From the NCBI GenBank assembly GCA_002269645.1, contig NIVC01000887.1:1-64000 (forward strand): a DNA stretch of 64,000 nt, written 5' to 3'. Within the stretch, counting starts at the first letter, position 1. Every line of letters starts with the position of its first letter. The position numbers were made by a program, and so were the translations under genes. The notes below the pieces were generated by a model. It had not been told where the DNA came from and did not search any database. It saw nothing but the letters and a program-made list of their open reading frames with translations. This DNA is from Macrostomum lignano (Eukaryota). Positions 10,968 to 23,337 of the stretch are shown here, in pieces.

Positions 10968-11322
10968 GGTGCCGGGCGTGTTTTGATGTACTGCACTGCA
11001 CCTGACTCACCTGAGTCCAATTATGAGTAACTCTAACTAGCCAGCCAGCCTAACTAACCAAACCGGCCTACTCCGGTGTACGCTGCTCTGCGTACTTTTT
11101 CTCTCTCTCCCCCTTGACATGATAATATTCAGTAGTGATCGATTCTGAGTTTTAAGCCCACTTACTTGTTGTCTTTTAAGCCTATATATTGGTCTCGCCA
11201 CCTACCACCTCGTATCTCACAATCATTGCAATAATTCGCTCATCTCAAATACACAACTTCGTACTTGACTCAAACCAAGCCCACGGGCGGCCTTGTCATC
11301 GTTTACTGGGCGCGACTTGACA
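10965..11322 (+). repeat. 3' LTR (358 bp)
   Basis: Direct repeat of 6690-7046, followed by TSD CTAAT. Confidence 0.97.
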
Positions 11323-11721
11323 CTAATAAAATGAAGTATGAATTTCGTGCCACTCACCAGGTCACAATGAGTTATTGTGCTTCACGAAAGTCACAACTCT
11401 GCAGTCCCAGCAACTTCAGTTTGCATGATGCAGATTTCAGGCTGGTTGAAATAATTTATTTGGCAGCTCAATTGAGAACTTCTTCGAGAGTACTATCAAG
11501 AATCCATTGCAAAAAGGAATTCAAATGACTTTGGGAAACCTAAATAAATATTAAATAACATTGGTAGATTGGTTCGAGATACCGCGCTATACTACTGCAA
11601 ATAGAGAACGAATGTAAAATTTTTTAGTCTAACAAAAGATAAATATTAGCTTGGGGCACCAATGCCTAACAGGCCACTTTTAAACTGCCTGGGGCACAGT
11701 GTGTCTCCCAGATGAGTCATG

Positions 11722-12545
11722 ATCAGGCTGGATGAGAGTCAGGTAAGAGGGACAGGCTGGATGAGAGTCAGATAAGAGGGACATGGTGGATGGGAGTCAG
11801 GTAAGAGGGACATGCTGGATGGGAGTCAGGGACATGCTGGATGGGAGTCAGGGACATGCTGGATGGGAGTCAGGGACATGCTGGATGGGAGTCAGGGACA
11901 TGCTGGATGGGAGTCAGGGACATGCTGGATGGGAGTCAGGGACATGCTGGATGGGAGTCAGGGACATGCTGGATGGGAATCAGGTAAGAGGGACATGCTG
12001 GATGGGAGTCTGGGACATGCTGGATGGGAGTCAGGGACATGCTGGATGGGAGTCAGGTAAGAGGGACATGCTGGATGGGAGTCAGGGACATGCTGGATGG
12101 GAGTCAGGTAAGAGGGACATGCTGGATGGGAGTCAGGGACATGCTGGATGGGAGTCTGGGACATGCTGGATGGGAGTCAGGGACATGCTGGATGGGAGTC
12201 AGGTAAGAGGGACATGCTGGATGGGAGTCAGGTAAGAGGGACATGCTGGATGGGAGTCAGGGACATGCTGGATGGGAGTCAGGGACATGCTGGATGGGAG
12301 TCAGGGACATGCTGGATGGGAGTCAGGGACATGCTGGATGGGAGTCAGGTAAGAGGGACATGCTGGATGGGAGTCAGGTAAGAGGGACATGCTGGATGGG
12401 AGTCAGGGACATGCTGGATGGGAGTCTGGGACATGCTGGATGGGAGTCAGGGACATGCTGGATGGGAGTCAGGGACATGCTGGAGAGCCAGGTACATGCT
12501 GGATGGCAGCCAGGGACATGCTGGATGGGAGCCAGGGACATGCTG
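11722..12545. repeat. 22-bp minisatellite GGGACATGCTGGATGGGAGTCA with 29-bp variants (+GTAAGAG)
   Basis: Direct tandem periodicity; source of ORFs 11783-12630. Confidence 0.95.
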
Positions 12546-13219
12546 GATAACATACATGTACATGTACATGCTAGATGTTGATCACATACGTGCTAAATCA
12601 CAGATAAATTTAATACGAATCAAACACTGAAATTTAGTATATCGTGATTAACTCACAATGATAGTATTAATACTTAATATTACTTTGTTCGCAATGCGGT
12701 TGTGTATTTATAACAGTGCAAGACAAGAGTTTTAGGGTAAGGGAGCTTGTAACATGTACGAACGTATATTCGCAGTAGAATTAAGACAAAGAAAGTGTCA
12801 ATTCATTTAGAAACGGCACAGCATGAGTGAGCAGACTGAGTCGGTATCCACAGTGGGAGAGAGGACTGGGATAGGGCAGGATCAGCGCTATATTTGCTCC
12901 CACTTCAGATTCTGCTCACAGAAGCAGCAAGAGAAGTCAAGGAACCTCCCGCACCCCTTCTGGCATCCCATCCCAAGAGTCCTCAGTCGTGCAGCGCTTT
13001 GAGCCGACTTGTCAAAGAGAGAGGCTCGCGACACAGTATAGAGCATGATATATCATACTGAACCATGCCGGCCTTCTCTTGCTTTCGATCTCTTCACTGG
13101 AATCTTCGTATAAAGTCTGTCTGAGTCTGCATGTAATGCCTGTCTGCCTTGATCGAATGTCCGACTGTCCATATATTCAATATATACATCTGCGGCTTTG
13201 CTTATATATTCCTGTGTCT

Positions 13220-13775
13220 GATGTCTGTCTGCCCCTGTCCTTAATGTCTATCTGAGTCTAATGTCTGTCTGTGTCTAATGCCTGTCTGTCTCTAATGTCC
13301 ATCTGTGTCTAATGCCTTTCTGTCTCTAATGTCCATCTGTGTCTAATGCCTGTCTGTCCCTAATGTCCATCTGTGTCTAATGCCTTTCTGTCTCTAATGT
13401 CCATCTGTGTCTAATGCCTGTCTGTCTCTAATGTCCATCTGTGTCTAATGCCTGTCTGTCTCTAATGTCCATCTGTGTCTAATGCCTGTCTGTCTCTAAT
13501 GTCCATCTGTGTCTGATGTCTGTCTGCCCCTGTCCTTAATGTCTATCTGAGTCTAATGTCTGTCTGTGTCTAATGCCTGTCTGTCTCTAATGTCCATCTG
13601 TGTCTAATGCCTTTCTGTCTCTAATGTCCATCTGTGTCTAATGCCTGTCTGTCCCTAATGTCCATCTGTGTCTAATGCCTTTCTGTCTCTAATGTCCATC
13701 TGTGTCTAATGCCTGTCTGTCTCTAATGTCCATCTGTGTCTAATGCCTGTCTGTCCCTAATGTCTATCTGTGTCT
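13220..13775. repeat. 34-bp (2x17) minisatellite TGTCTAATGCCTGTCTGTCTCTAATGTCCATCTG
   Basis: Direct tandem periodicity. Confidence 0.9.
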
Positions 13776-14026
13776 ATCTTATGCCGATAATTCCCTCAAT
13801 TATGTATGTGTATACATAGCTATATAGAATCTCTTTCTAATGTGTGCATGTCTTTAAATTACTAGATGTATGTCTGTGAATTCCACCATTCCCTCCTCCA
13901 TCTAACTGCTGCCTGTATATTTGTTTGTACACCCAATGCCTCTCTGCACCTCAATTCTTTGGAGTGACTGTCAGAGTGACTATCGGAATGACAGCCGGAG
14001 TGAGCGGCAGAGTGACTCTGACAGTT

Positions 14027-17000
14027 TTAGAAGCTTTTCTTTTTCAAGTTAGCAAAGAAGCCGCCACCCGATCCCCGCTTTCGCTGCACCTTGGCCAGCG
14101 TGGTGCTGAGCTCTTGGATGTCCTCGTACATGTCCGACATCTGCACGTTCAAGGCCTGCAGCTGCTTCGCTGACAGGTGCTCTTCACGCTTCTTGATCTC
14201 CGACTGCAGGCTTTGCAGCTGCAATAATTGTTGCATTGTCTTAGGTGGGTGCTCATGGAGGCTAGGGCCTGTCACTCTGGCCTATCACCCTGACCCAACA
14301 CTCTGACCCAACACTCTGACCCAACACTCTGACCCATCACTCTGACTCATTATCCTGACCTATCACTCTGGCCTATCACCCTGACCCAACACTCTGACAC
14401 ATCACTCTGACCCAACACTCTGACCCAACACTCTGACCATCACTCTGAACATCAATCTGACCCATCTGCCTGACCCATCACTCTGACCCAACACTCTGAC
14501 ACATCACTCTGACCCATCACTCTGACAAATTATTCTGACCCATCACTCTGACCCAACACTCTGACACATCACTCTGACCCAACACTCTGACACATCACTC
14601 TGACCAACCACTCTGACCCATTACCCTGACACATCACTCTGACCCATCTTCCTGACACATCACTATGACCCATCACCCTGACCCATCACTTAGACCCATC
14701 TTTCACCTGAATTTCCGTGGAGATTCGACGCCGTCTCAGCTCGGCGATCTCCTCCGGCGTGAGCTGGTCGACCGATTCGGATGAGGAACGCCAGATTTCC
14801 AGCTTCTTTAGCTGCAGATGAAGGGGTATAGAAGGGGTACAAAAACTGGCATTGTTTTTTATATCATTGGGTGAGCAGAGCGAAAGTATGGTGGTAGAGT
14901 GATAGAATTGAGTGATATAACACCACGACAGATAAGTATAAACCCACGGGAAGATTACGAAGTAGATGGGAGTTTAGATAGGAAGAGTAGATGGGAGGAG
15001 TAGATGAGAGGATTAGATAGGAGTGTAGATGGTAAGAATAGATGGAAGGAGTATAGATGGGAGAGTAAATAGGAGAGTAGATGGGAGAGTAGATAGGGGA
15101 ATAGATGGGAGAGTAGATGGGAGAGTAGATAGGGGAATAGATGGGAGAGTAGATGGGAGAGTAGATAGGGGAATAGATGGGAGAGTAGATGGGAGAGTAA
15201 ATAGGAGAGTAGATGGGAGAGTAAATAGGAGAGTAAATAGGAGAGTAGATAGGAGAGTAGATGGGGGAGTAGATGGGAGAGTAGATGGGAGAGTAGATGG
15301 GAGAGTAGATGGGAAAGTAGATGGGAGAGTAGATGGGAGAGTAGGAGAGTAGATGGGAGAGTAGATGGGAAAGTAGATGGGAAAGTAGATGGGAGAGTAG
15401 ATGGGAGAGTAGATGGGAAAGTAGATGGGAGAGTAGATGGGAAAGTAGATAGGAGAGTAGATGGGAGAGTAGATGGGAGAGTAGATGGGAGAGTAGATGG
15501 GATAGTAGATGGGAGAGTAGATGGGAGAGTAGATGGGAGAGTAGATGGGAAAGTAGATGGGAGAGTAGATGGGAGAGTAGATGGGAGAGTAGAATCGAGT
15601 TCGCGGCAGCCGATCCCCAACCGACCTGGCAGTCGGCGTCCTCCTCTTCCTGCTCCTCATCGTCGCAGTCTCTCTGCGGGCTGAGATCATCGCTGCAGTT
15701 CACCGTGATGATGGGCATCGGCATGCCCGCCATGGCGCCGTCCGGATGGCTCAGCAGGGCGGCCTGGCCGACAGGACTGAACTTGCGGACTGGGGACTCT
15801 GCGGAGGCGGCAAACTCTGAACTGTTGGTATTCCATGAGCTGGGGTATTCCTCGAGCTGGGGTATTCCATGAGCTGGGGTATTCCACCAGCTGGGGTATT
15901 CCATGAGCTGGGGTATTCCTCGAGCTGGGGTATTCCATGAGCTGGGGTATTCCACCAGCTGGGGTATTCCATGAGCTGGGGTATTCCTCGAGCTGGGGTA
16001 TTCCATGAGCTGGGGTATTCCACGAGCTGGAGTATTCCATGAGCTGGGGTATTCCTCGAGCTGGGGTATTCCATGAGCTGGGGTATTCCACCAGCTGGGG
16101 TATTCCATGAGCTGGGGTATTCCTCGAGCTGGGGTATTCCATGAGCTGGGGTATTCCACGAGCTGGGGTATTCCTCGAGCTGGGGTATTCCACGAGCTGG
16201 GGTATTCCTCGAGCTGGGGTATTCCACGAGCTGGGGTATTCCTTGAGCTGGGGTATTCCATGAGCTGGGGTATTCCACGAGCTGGGGTATTCCATGAGCT
16301 GGGGTATTCCTCGAGCTGGGGTATTCCATGAGCTGGGGTATTCCATGAGCTGGGGTATTCCATGAGCTGGGGTATTCCACGAGCTGGGGTATTCTACGAG
16401 CTAGCTGGGGTATTCCATGAGCTGGGGTATTCCTCGAGCCGGTGCCGTATTCCACGAGCTGGGGTATTCCATGAGCTCAGGTATTCCATGAGATGGGGTA
16501 TTCCATGAGATGGGGTATTCCATGAGATGAGGTATTCCACGAGCTGGGGTATTCCATGAAATGGGGTATTGGTTCATTACATGCGCTGTGGGATATCCAG
16601 GGTATCCTATGCTCACTTTTACTAGAAGTGTTAGTTTTACAGCCCATAAAGTAGAATACGAAACATATCGAAAGATAAAAACTACGCAGGTATTATTGTA
16701 ACTCACGCCGGCCGCTCAGCTCATCTAAATTGTTGCAGGAAGCCATCATTTCTCGATTGTTCAGATTCTGCAAAAAAATTACCGTTGAAAAGTTCATTGG
16801 ATGAAGAAGTATTTTACGCACGTACAAACCAATTACGGTCATAGTTACTCTCGCCGTTTACCCCCGGCTCTTTTTAAGACCTTAATTATACCGGATTAAC
16901 GCTAATCTGTCAAAAGTTTACAGGCCTGATTGCCCTCCTCACCGAGGGCACCCCGAGCCGGCCATCTTTGCCAGCCACTTTGCCGCCGCCGGCGCCGCCT

Positions 17001-18598
17001 CCGCCGCCGCCTCCAGCCCCGCCGCCCGCACCCGCCGTGCCGCCGGCCGCCATGGACGGCGGAGAAGCCGGCCGGCTGGCCCCGGCCGAGGACAGATTGT
17101 GGAAGGAGTTGCTCAGGCCGGACAATCGCCGCGCCTGAAGGCGGCCAGCCGCGTCCTCATCCGGGGTGCCCACCGAGCCGCCGCCGCCGCCGCCGCCGCT
17201 AGCGCCGTTCAACAGACGCTCAAAGCTGTCAACCCAGCGGCGCAGGTCGAACTTGTCCAGCGGGGTCAGGTAGACGCACTTCTTCGAGTTGGAGAACCGG
17301 AGGGTGACCGTGCGCAGGCCGCAGGGTGAGAGCGGGTCCCGCCTGGCCGCATCCTTGGCCGCCGCGTCCTCGGTGACCTCCAGGCCGGTGAGGTTCTCCA
17401 GGTCAACCTCGAATTCGGCGTTGCAGGCGGCCGAGCGCTGCTTGAAAAAGTACAGCGTCCGGGTGTGCAGCACCGACCAGAGCTTCTGCCGGCGCGCCCG
17501 CGGCTTCCGCGCCACGTGCAGGCAGGACTCGAGCTCCGGCCGGCTCAGCGCTGCGTAGAACATCCGCGACGGCTGGGCGACCGGCGCCCCGCCGGTGCCG
17601 AAGAAGGCCCACAGCGAGTCGAATTTGCGCTTGAAAAACCGCGGCGACCGCGGCTGCTGGCCAAGAGGCGACTGCAGCAGCGTCGAGGCCTGCGCGTGCG
17701 GCGACTGCGGCGGCAGCTGGCCGGCGGCCGATGCGGCCTGCGCCGACTGCTGGCTGACCAGCGGCAGCATCAGCGTCGGCGGGTGCGGCATCGAAACTGG
17801 CGAGTGCGGCTGCGAGCTGCTGCCGGCCTGGAATTCAGCGGCGGCGAGGGCCATCAGGCCGGGCTCGGGCGGCAGCTGGGCCAGTAGGCCGCGGGCGTCC
17901 AGCTGGCTGGCGGCCAGCAGCAGCTCCAGCAGGGTGGCCGCACTGCAGGACAGCGGCTCCAGCTGCACCCCAGGCTGGCATCCCTCGCCGGGCCAAGCCA
18001 GGCGAACCCAGCCGCCGAGGGGACCGTCGGCAGCTTCAAGCCGAACCCCTCGAAGGCAGACGGTGGCCTCGTGCATGACGGAATCCGCCGAGGCAACGAT
18101 GGCCGTCCAGTGCGCCCGGCAGAGTCCCAGCTCGGCCTGCTCGGCGAGGTCCCCGACGGCAGCCGCGGCGCGGGGACCGGCGCGCAGCAGCAGCAGAAAG
18201 CAGTCGGCCAGGACGGCGAGTCGGCGGCTATCAGCGACTTCCGCGTCCACGTCGGCGTCCTCGCCGATGTCAGCATGGTTGTCTTCATCATCTTCATCCA
18301 CCGGCTGCTGTCGTACCTCGCAGGCGAAGTCGGGCAGCTGAATGTCGCGCGGCTCCAGCTGGAGCTGCCACTTCGCCCGCGACTTCTCGCAGCTGTCATT
18401 GTCGCCGGGGGAAGCGAAGCCGCCGTTGGCGCCGCAGCAGCGGGCGCAGCCGCAGGCGGCCTCAAGCCCGAACTGGCGCAGGCGCTGCAGGCCGTCTGGC
18501 GTGAAAGTGGACTGACGAGCCCGCAGAATTTTGTGCGAGTTCACCACGGTCAGCAGGCTGGGCTTGACGGGACTCGCCTCCTGGCTGGCGAAGCTCAT
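14027..18598 (-). CDS. PH-domain protein with C-terminal coiled coil (weak CNK/IPCEF1-like resemblance); exons 18598-16943, 16767-16707, 15821-15626, 14811-14707, 14218-14027; reading-frame conflict in exon 3
   Basis: PH-like block (ESCLHVARK..QKLWSVLHTRTLYFFK..VYLTPLDKFDLRRWVDSFERLL); strong GTGAG donors and (Y)nCAG acceptors; exons 4-5 join in phase 0 to give LTPEEIAELRRRRISTEIQ-LQSLQSEIKKREEHL (heptad-like). Family assignment uncertain. Confidence 0.7.
14270..14700. repeat. 13-bp minisatellite CCAACACTCTGAC / CCATCACTCTGAC filling intron 4 of the PH gene
   Basis: Direct tandem periodicity. Confidence 0.9.
14965..15592. repeat. 12-bp minisatellite GAGAGTAGATGG in intron 3 of the PH gene
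   Basis: Direct tandem periodicity. Confidence 0.95.
15829..16570. repeat. 17-bp minisatellite GAGCTGGGGTATTCCAT in intron 2 of the PH gene, running into the splice acceptor
   Basis: Direct tandem periodicity; 17-aa period in the translated ORFs. Confidence 0.95.
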
Positions 18599-20397
18599 CG
18601 TGCTCGGCGAGATCTGCCCCGGGGTGGGGGGAGGCAGGCGGCGAGTGAGCAGTTAGACCTCGGCCGAGCTCACTGCTTCAGCCGTGGCTTAAAGCCGCAT
18701 TAGAAGAGAGGGACAGCAAAGTGAAGATTTGGCCTGCCCGGAGCGGCTCGGCTTTCGCGAAGAGGGGGGGGGGTTGGGGAGCGGCAATTTTGCTCTTGCC
18801 AGCTTCTTCTTTTCTAAAAGCAAAAGCCCGCTTTGTCCCAGCAAGACGCTGAGGCGAGCCGGGGCAGAGAAATAATTAGCAACCAAGGAGGAGCTGACCA
18901 GACTGGAGGGGGGCAGTGAGAAGGTACAGGACACGGGGTCACGTGATCACGTGTGCTACAGCGTCTCAGCGGCTTAGTTTGTTTGCGATTTGAAATCTAT
19001 CTATCCATACGAGCAACCCGCACTGGCCGAGGCCGCGTGGATTGCCTGCCCGCTGCATGGCCGCCTAATCCGTTTATGCAAAGTCCAGCGGGACCCAGAA
19101 ACTGCGAGAGTCTGCTCAAACCTTTGGATAAATTGGCGCCCCGCTGCTCAGATGAGTGCTGCGGTCAGGCTCGCGCAGACCTCGCTGCCTTCATTAATTC
19201 TCGATCGAGTCGAGACAGGAAGCGGAACACCGGGGCAGACTGCTCGGCCGCTGCCGTCAAATGGGTGATGGGTGCAAATGGCGAGTCAAACTCGGCTAAT
19301 TAAGCTCAGGGGTCCGGCGCGGGTCCGGGCAAACTTCTCCAGTCTGTTATCCCTGCCCGTGTTGCCAGGCGCTGGCCTCTATTTATTTTCCACAGCTCCT
19401 CCTTCATCGCGCAGGAGGCTGGCCATCTGTAGCGAGCGATTGGCCCGTCCCGATTGGGAGCAGGAAGCTGGGGGAATGCAACATCTAAAGAGAGAAGAGC
19501 CGGCGATGGGCAAGGAGGGCCGCTGCCCGCTCCCAATCTCTGTGTGCGTCTGTTATGCGACGACTTTGAGCCGCCTTGCTCGGCTCTCTTCGACTGGCTG
19601 CTCCCTCAAGAGCTGCGGCCGCTTCTGCGCTGCTCCTCGCGTTTGTCTGTCTGCCCACCCCCCCTCCCACTGTGTGTGCCGCGAACTTCAAAGCTGCCGT
19701 CGCAAGCAGCCCCTCTAGGTGCCGGCTGCCTGACGTTACCTAAGATGTCTCCCTCCCCGCCTCTCACACACGCAACATGCATGCACTCGGAGCTCAACTT
19801 ACACAGACACACACACCGGCCTCCTGCAGCACTGGAAATGAAGGGGTGGAGCGCAGTCAGACAGCTGGATGAGGGAGACCTTTCGCCTCCCGGGAAAAGA
19901 GCCGAAAGACAGAGAAGAGGGGAAGACGAAATAATAAAGGTAGGTAGATGGCAATCTGCAACCCCGCTCCCCGGGCTTAGCGCACGGCTTAGAAAAGGAG
20001 AGGGCTCACCTGCCTGCAGGTGATTATTCGGTCATTTGCGCATAATTGGCTAATGGGCCCCCCGTCCAGCGCCGAATTTTGCAACAAGCTATAGGGAGAA
20101 CCTCGAGAGCTTTTCATCCCCAGCCTGCGCGCGCGGGCCTGGCACCTCCGCCTCTCTCAGCCCCGATCACTTTCTCTCTCTCTCGCCCACCTCGCTCCGG
20201 TTCAAGGCGTGCTCACGCATTTTAGCAGGTGCGGCCTGCGCTGGCGTCTCGCTGGCCATTGACCGAGCCTGTGCTCGAGTTTGAGAAGTTTTTTTACAGA
20301 AATTTCAACTTTTGGATAATAGTTACTACTGTAGCTAAAATAGTTAGAAAGCTGCTTGGTGAAAAATGGACTAGATATTTTGATTTGACTGATGGAA

Positions 20398-20419
20398 GGA
20401 CAGACGGACAGACAGACTA

Positions 20420-20476
<57 letters not shown>

Positions 20477-20527
20477 GGACAGACAGACAGACAGACAGAC
20501 AGACAGGACAGACAGACAGACAGACAC

Positions 20528-20572
<45 letters not shown>

Positions 20573-20673
20573 TAGACAGACACACAGACAGACAGACAGA
20601 CAGACAGGACAGACAGACACACAGACAGACAGACAGACAGACAGGACAGACAGACAGACAGACAGACAGACAG

Positions 20674-20725
<52 letters not shown>

Positions 20726-20787
20726 CACAGACAGACAGGACAGACAGACAGACAGACAGACAGACACACAGACACACACACAGACAC

Positions 20788-20866
<79 letters not shown>

Positions 20867-20973
20867 GGACAGACAGACACACAGACAGACAGACAGACAG
20901 ACAGACACACAGACAGACAGACAGGACAGACAGACAGACAGACAGACAGACACACAGACACACACACAGACAC

Positions 20974-21020
<47 letters not shown>
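20398..21020. repeat. (GACA)n microsatellite
   Basis: Direct reading. Confidence 0.97.
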
Positions 21021-21299
21021 CTAGAACAGGCACCAAGGCAGCCGCCGAAAAGTCAGACAGACAGAATATAAACACAACAGATGCCGCAGATGAATAGTTA
21101 CACAGGTGCACATGTTAATAATTTAGAAGGTCAGCTACGTTAACAGTGTCAAAACGCAGCAATTCGAAGCTAGGTGAGGCGAAAACGCATATAAAGAAAG
21201 CACAGGAAAGCATCGTGTGAAGCAGAGAGGCCGCTAGTTAAAGAACTCGCTCAGGCAAGCCGATTTTCAAAAACTCAAACGGCAGTTGCCTCCCTTCAT

Positions 21300-21747
21300 T
21301 CGCCTTTACTCGCCACTGCAGCTGAAGTGGAACAAAAAAAGAAAAATAAAAGGCAATGGACGAGAGCGCCCCCCGTTCCGTCCTGCGGCCCGTGTCCCCG
21401 CATTTTTGCCGCAGGGATTACATGAGAACTCTCTTTCTTCTTCTGCCCCCCTCTCTCTGTCTGACGCCAGCGCTTCTCTCCCGGGACTGCAGAGCTGCGG
21501 GGAAGGAGAGACAGGACTCAGGAGCTCGAATGCGCTTCCAAACCGTATCATCACCCTCTGCATCAAGGAAGGGGGGACATGAAGCACAGGCCGCGTTTGG
21601 CTCAGGTTGGCAAAGAGTGTCGGAGGGATTCTGAAGATCGGATCGGGCAGGGATTTGCGTCCGAAGTCCGCGCGCGCATAGGGATTCTCATGGGATCCCG
21701 CCATGAGTCTAGCGGCTGCGGCGGCGGAGGGTGGCCGCAGCGGAAAC
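21300..21747 (-). other. Candidate unannotated exon (acceptor CCCGGTACAG at 21749-21748; open frame MAGSHENPYARADFGRKSLPDPIFRIPPTLF...)
   Basis: GC-rich unique sequence between two arrays with an acceptor-like site and a non-repetitive open frame; no recognisable domain; donor uncertain. Confidence 0.35.
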
Positions 21748-21854
21748 CTGTACCGGGAGATGCAAGTTTTACATTCAAAGTGATTTTTAATCAATGATAG
21801 ATGTTGCTTGGGGATATTAAATACTTAGTAGAGGTCGGGGGAAGATGAACGGGA

Positions 21855-22700
21855 GCAGGGGGGGAGGGAGAGACAGAAAAGGAGAGGAGGAGAGGGAGAG
21901 ACGGAAAGGGAGAGGGAGAGACGGAAAGGGAGAGGGAGAGACGGAAAGGGAGAGGGGGAGAGGGAGAGACGGAAAGGGAGAGGGGGAGAGGGAGAGAGGA
22001 GAGGGAGAGACGGAAAGGGAGAGGGGGAGAGGGAGAGACGGAAAGGGAGAGGGGGAGAGGGAGAGACGGAAAGGGAGAGAGGGAGAGGGGGAGACGGAAA
22101 GGGAGAGAGGGAGAGGGAGAGACGGAAAGGGAGAGGGGGAGAGGGAGAGACGGAAAGGGAGAGGGGGAGAGGGAGAGAGGAGAGGGAGAGACGGAAAGGG
22201 AGAGGGGGAGAGGGAGAGACGGAAAGGGAGAGAGGGAGAGGGGGAGACGGAAAGGGAGAGAGGGAGAGGGGGAGACGGAAAGGGAGAGGGGGAGAGGGAG
22301 AGACGGAAAGGGAGAGGGGAGAGGGGGAGACGGAAAGGGAGAGAGGGAGAGGGGAGACGGAAAGGGAGAGGGGGAGAGGGAGAGACGGAAAGGGAGAGGG
22401 GGAGAGGGAGAGAGGAGAGGGAGAGACGGAAAGGGAGAGGGGGAGAGGGAGAGACGGAAAGGGAGAGAGGGAGAGGGGGAGACGGAAAGGGAGAGAGGGA
22501 GAGGGGGAGACGGAAAGGGAGAGGGGGAGAGGGAGAGACGGAAAGGGAGAGGGGGAGAGGGGGAGACGGAAAGGGAGAGAGGGAGAGGTAGACGGAAAGG
22601 GAGAGAGGGAGAGTGGGAAAGGGGAGAGGTAGACGGAAAGGGAGAGAGGGAGAGAGGGAGAGGGGAGAGGTAGACGGAAAGGGAGAGGAGAGGGAAAGGG
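21855..22700. repeat. Polypurine array (GGGAGAGGGAGAGACGGAAA-type units)
   Basis: Direct reading; almost purely purine on the + strand. Confidence 0.95.
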
Positions 22701-23337
22701 GGCGAATGAGACACGAGAAAAATTGTAAGTATAACAGAAATAAAAAATTACGAGAGCAGAAAGACATCTGGCACGGTCTTACACAGTAAAGTAAACAATC
22801 AAACAGCAATCGCATGCATTAGCAGGCACTCTCAACTACACATTGCCTCCTCCGCAGTGATTCAGTAAAAGCAAGCGCAAAGCTCCGGGCTAAGAATTTC
22901 CCGCCCATAGACGTCATCCGCTCGGGCAAGAGACTAGCAATTTCTGCAACAGGTTAATTACACACATGCGCTCCACCTCGTCCCAGGGTAAAGCCAGAGA
23001 CTTAGGAGTATCAGTCAGACCCTGGCAATCAGGCAAGCACGTGAGCAAACTCGAGAAGAGGAGGAAATAGAGCCGATATTATAGTTCGAAAATAGACCTG
23101 TAGCTCTTAATGATGGTGCTCCAAGCCAGTTGCAACGGCTCTGCTGCCTGACTGAGATCCAGCTGACAGTCGAGGGCTTGTTTTGACAAATAGGCGCGGC
23201 GCACTCTTCCTGCTTGCAGCTTAGCATGCTCAGAATAGACATTGTAGCTGCATTTTATGAGTAGTGCAACAGCACCGCACTACGGCCAACTAGTCCTATT
23301 TGAAGATTTCCCTGAGAGACCCTGAGAGAGAGTAAGG

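Larger units (their letters stand above)
6690..11322 (+). mobile_element. Intact Ty3/Gypsy LTR retrotransposon (Mag-like), 4633 bp, 5-bp TSD CTAAT (6685-6689 and 11323-11327)
   Basis: Two TG...CA LTRs (357/358 bp) identical by eye except one C-run indel; flanking CTAAT duplication; PBS and PPT; gag-PR-RT-RH-IN order. Confidence 0.97.

Noticed and set aside
16930-18703. Plus-strand ORFs opposite the PH-gene exon (e.g. 17595-18341, 18071-18703)
   Set aside because: Expected from very high GC content; no splice or domain support.
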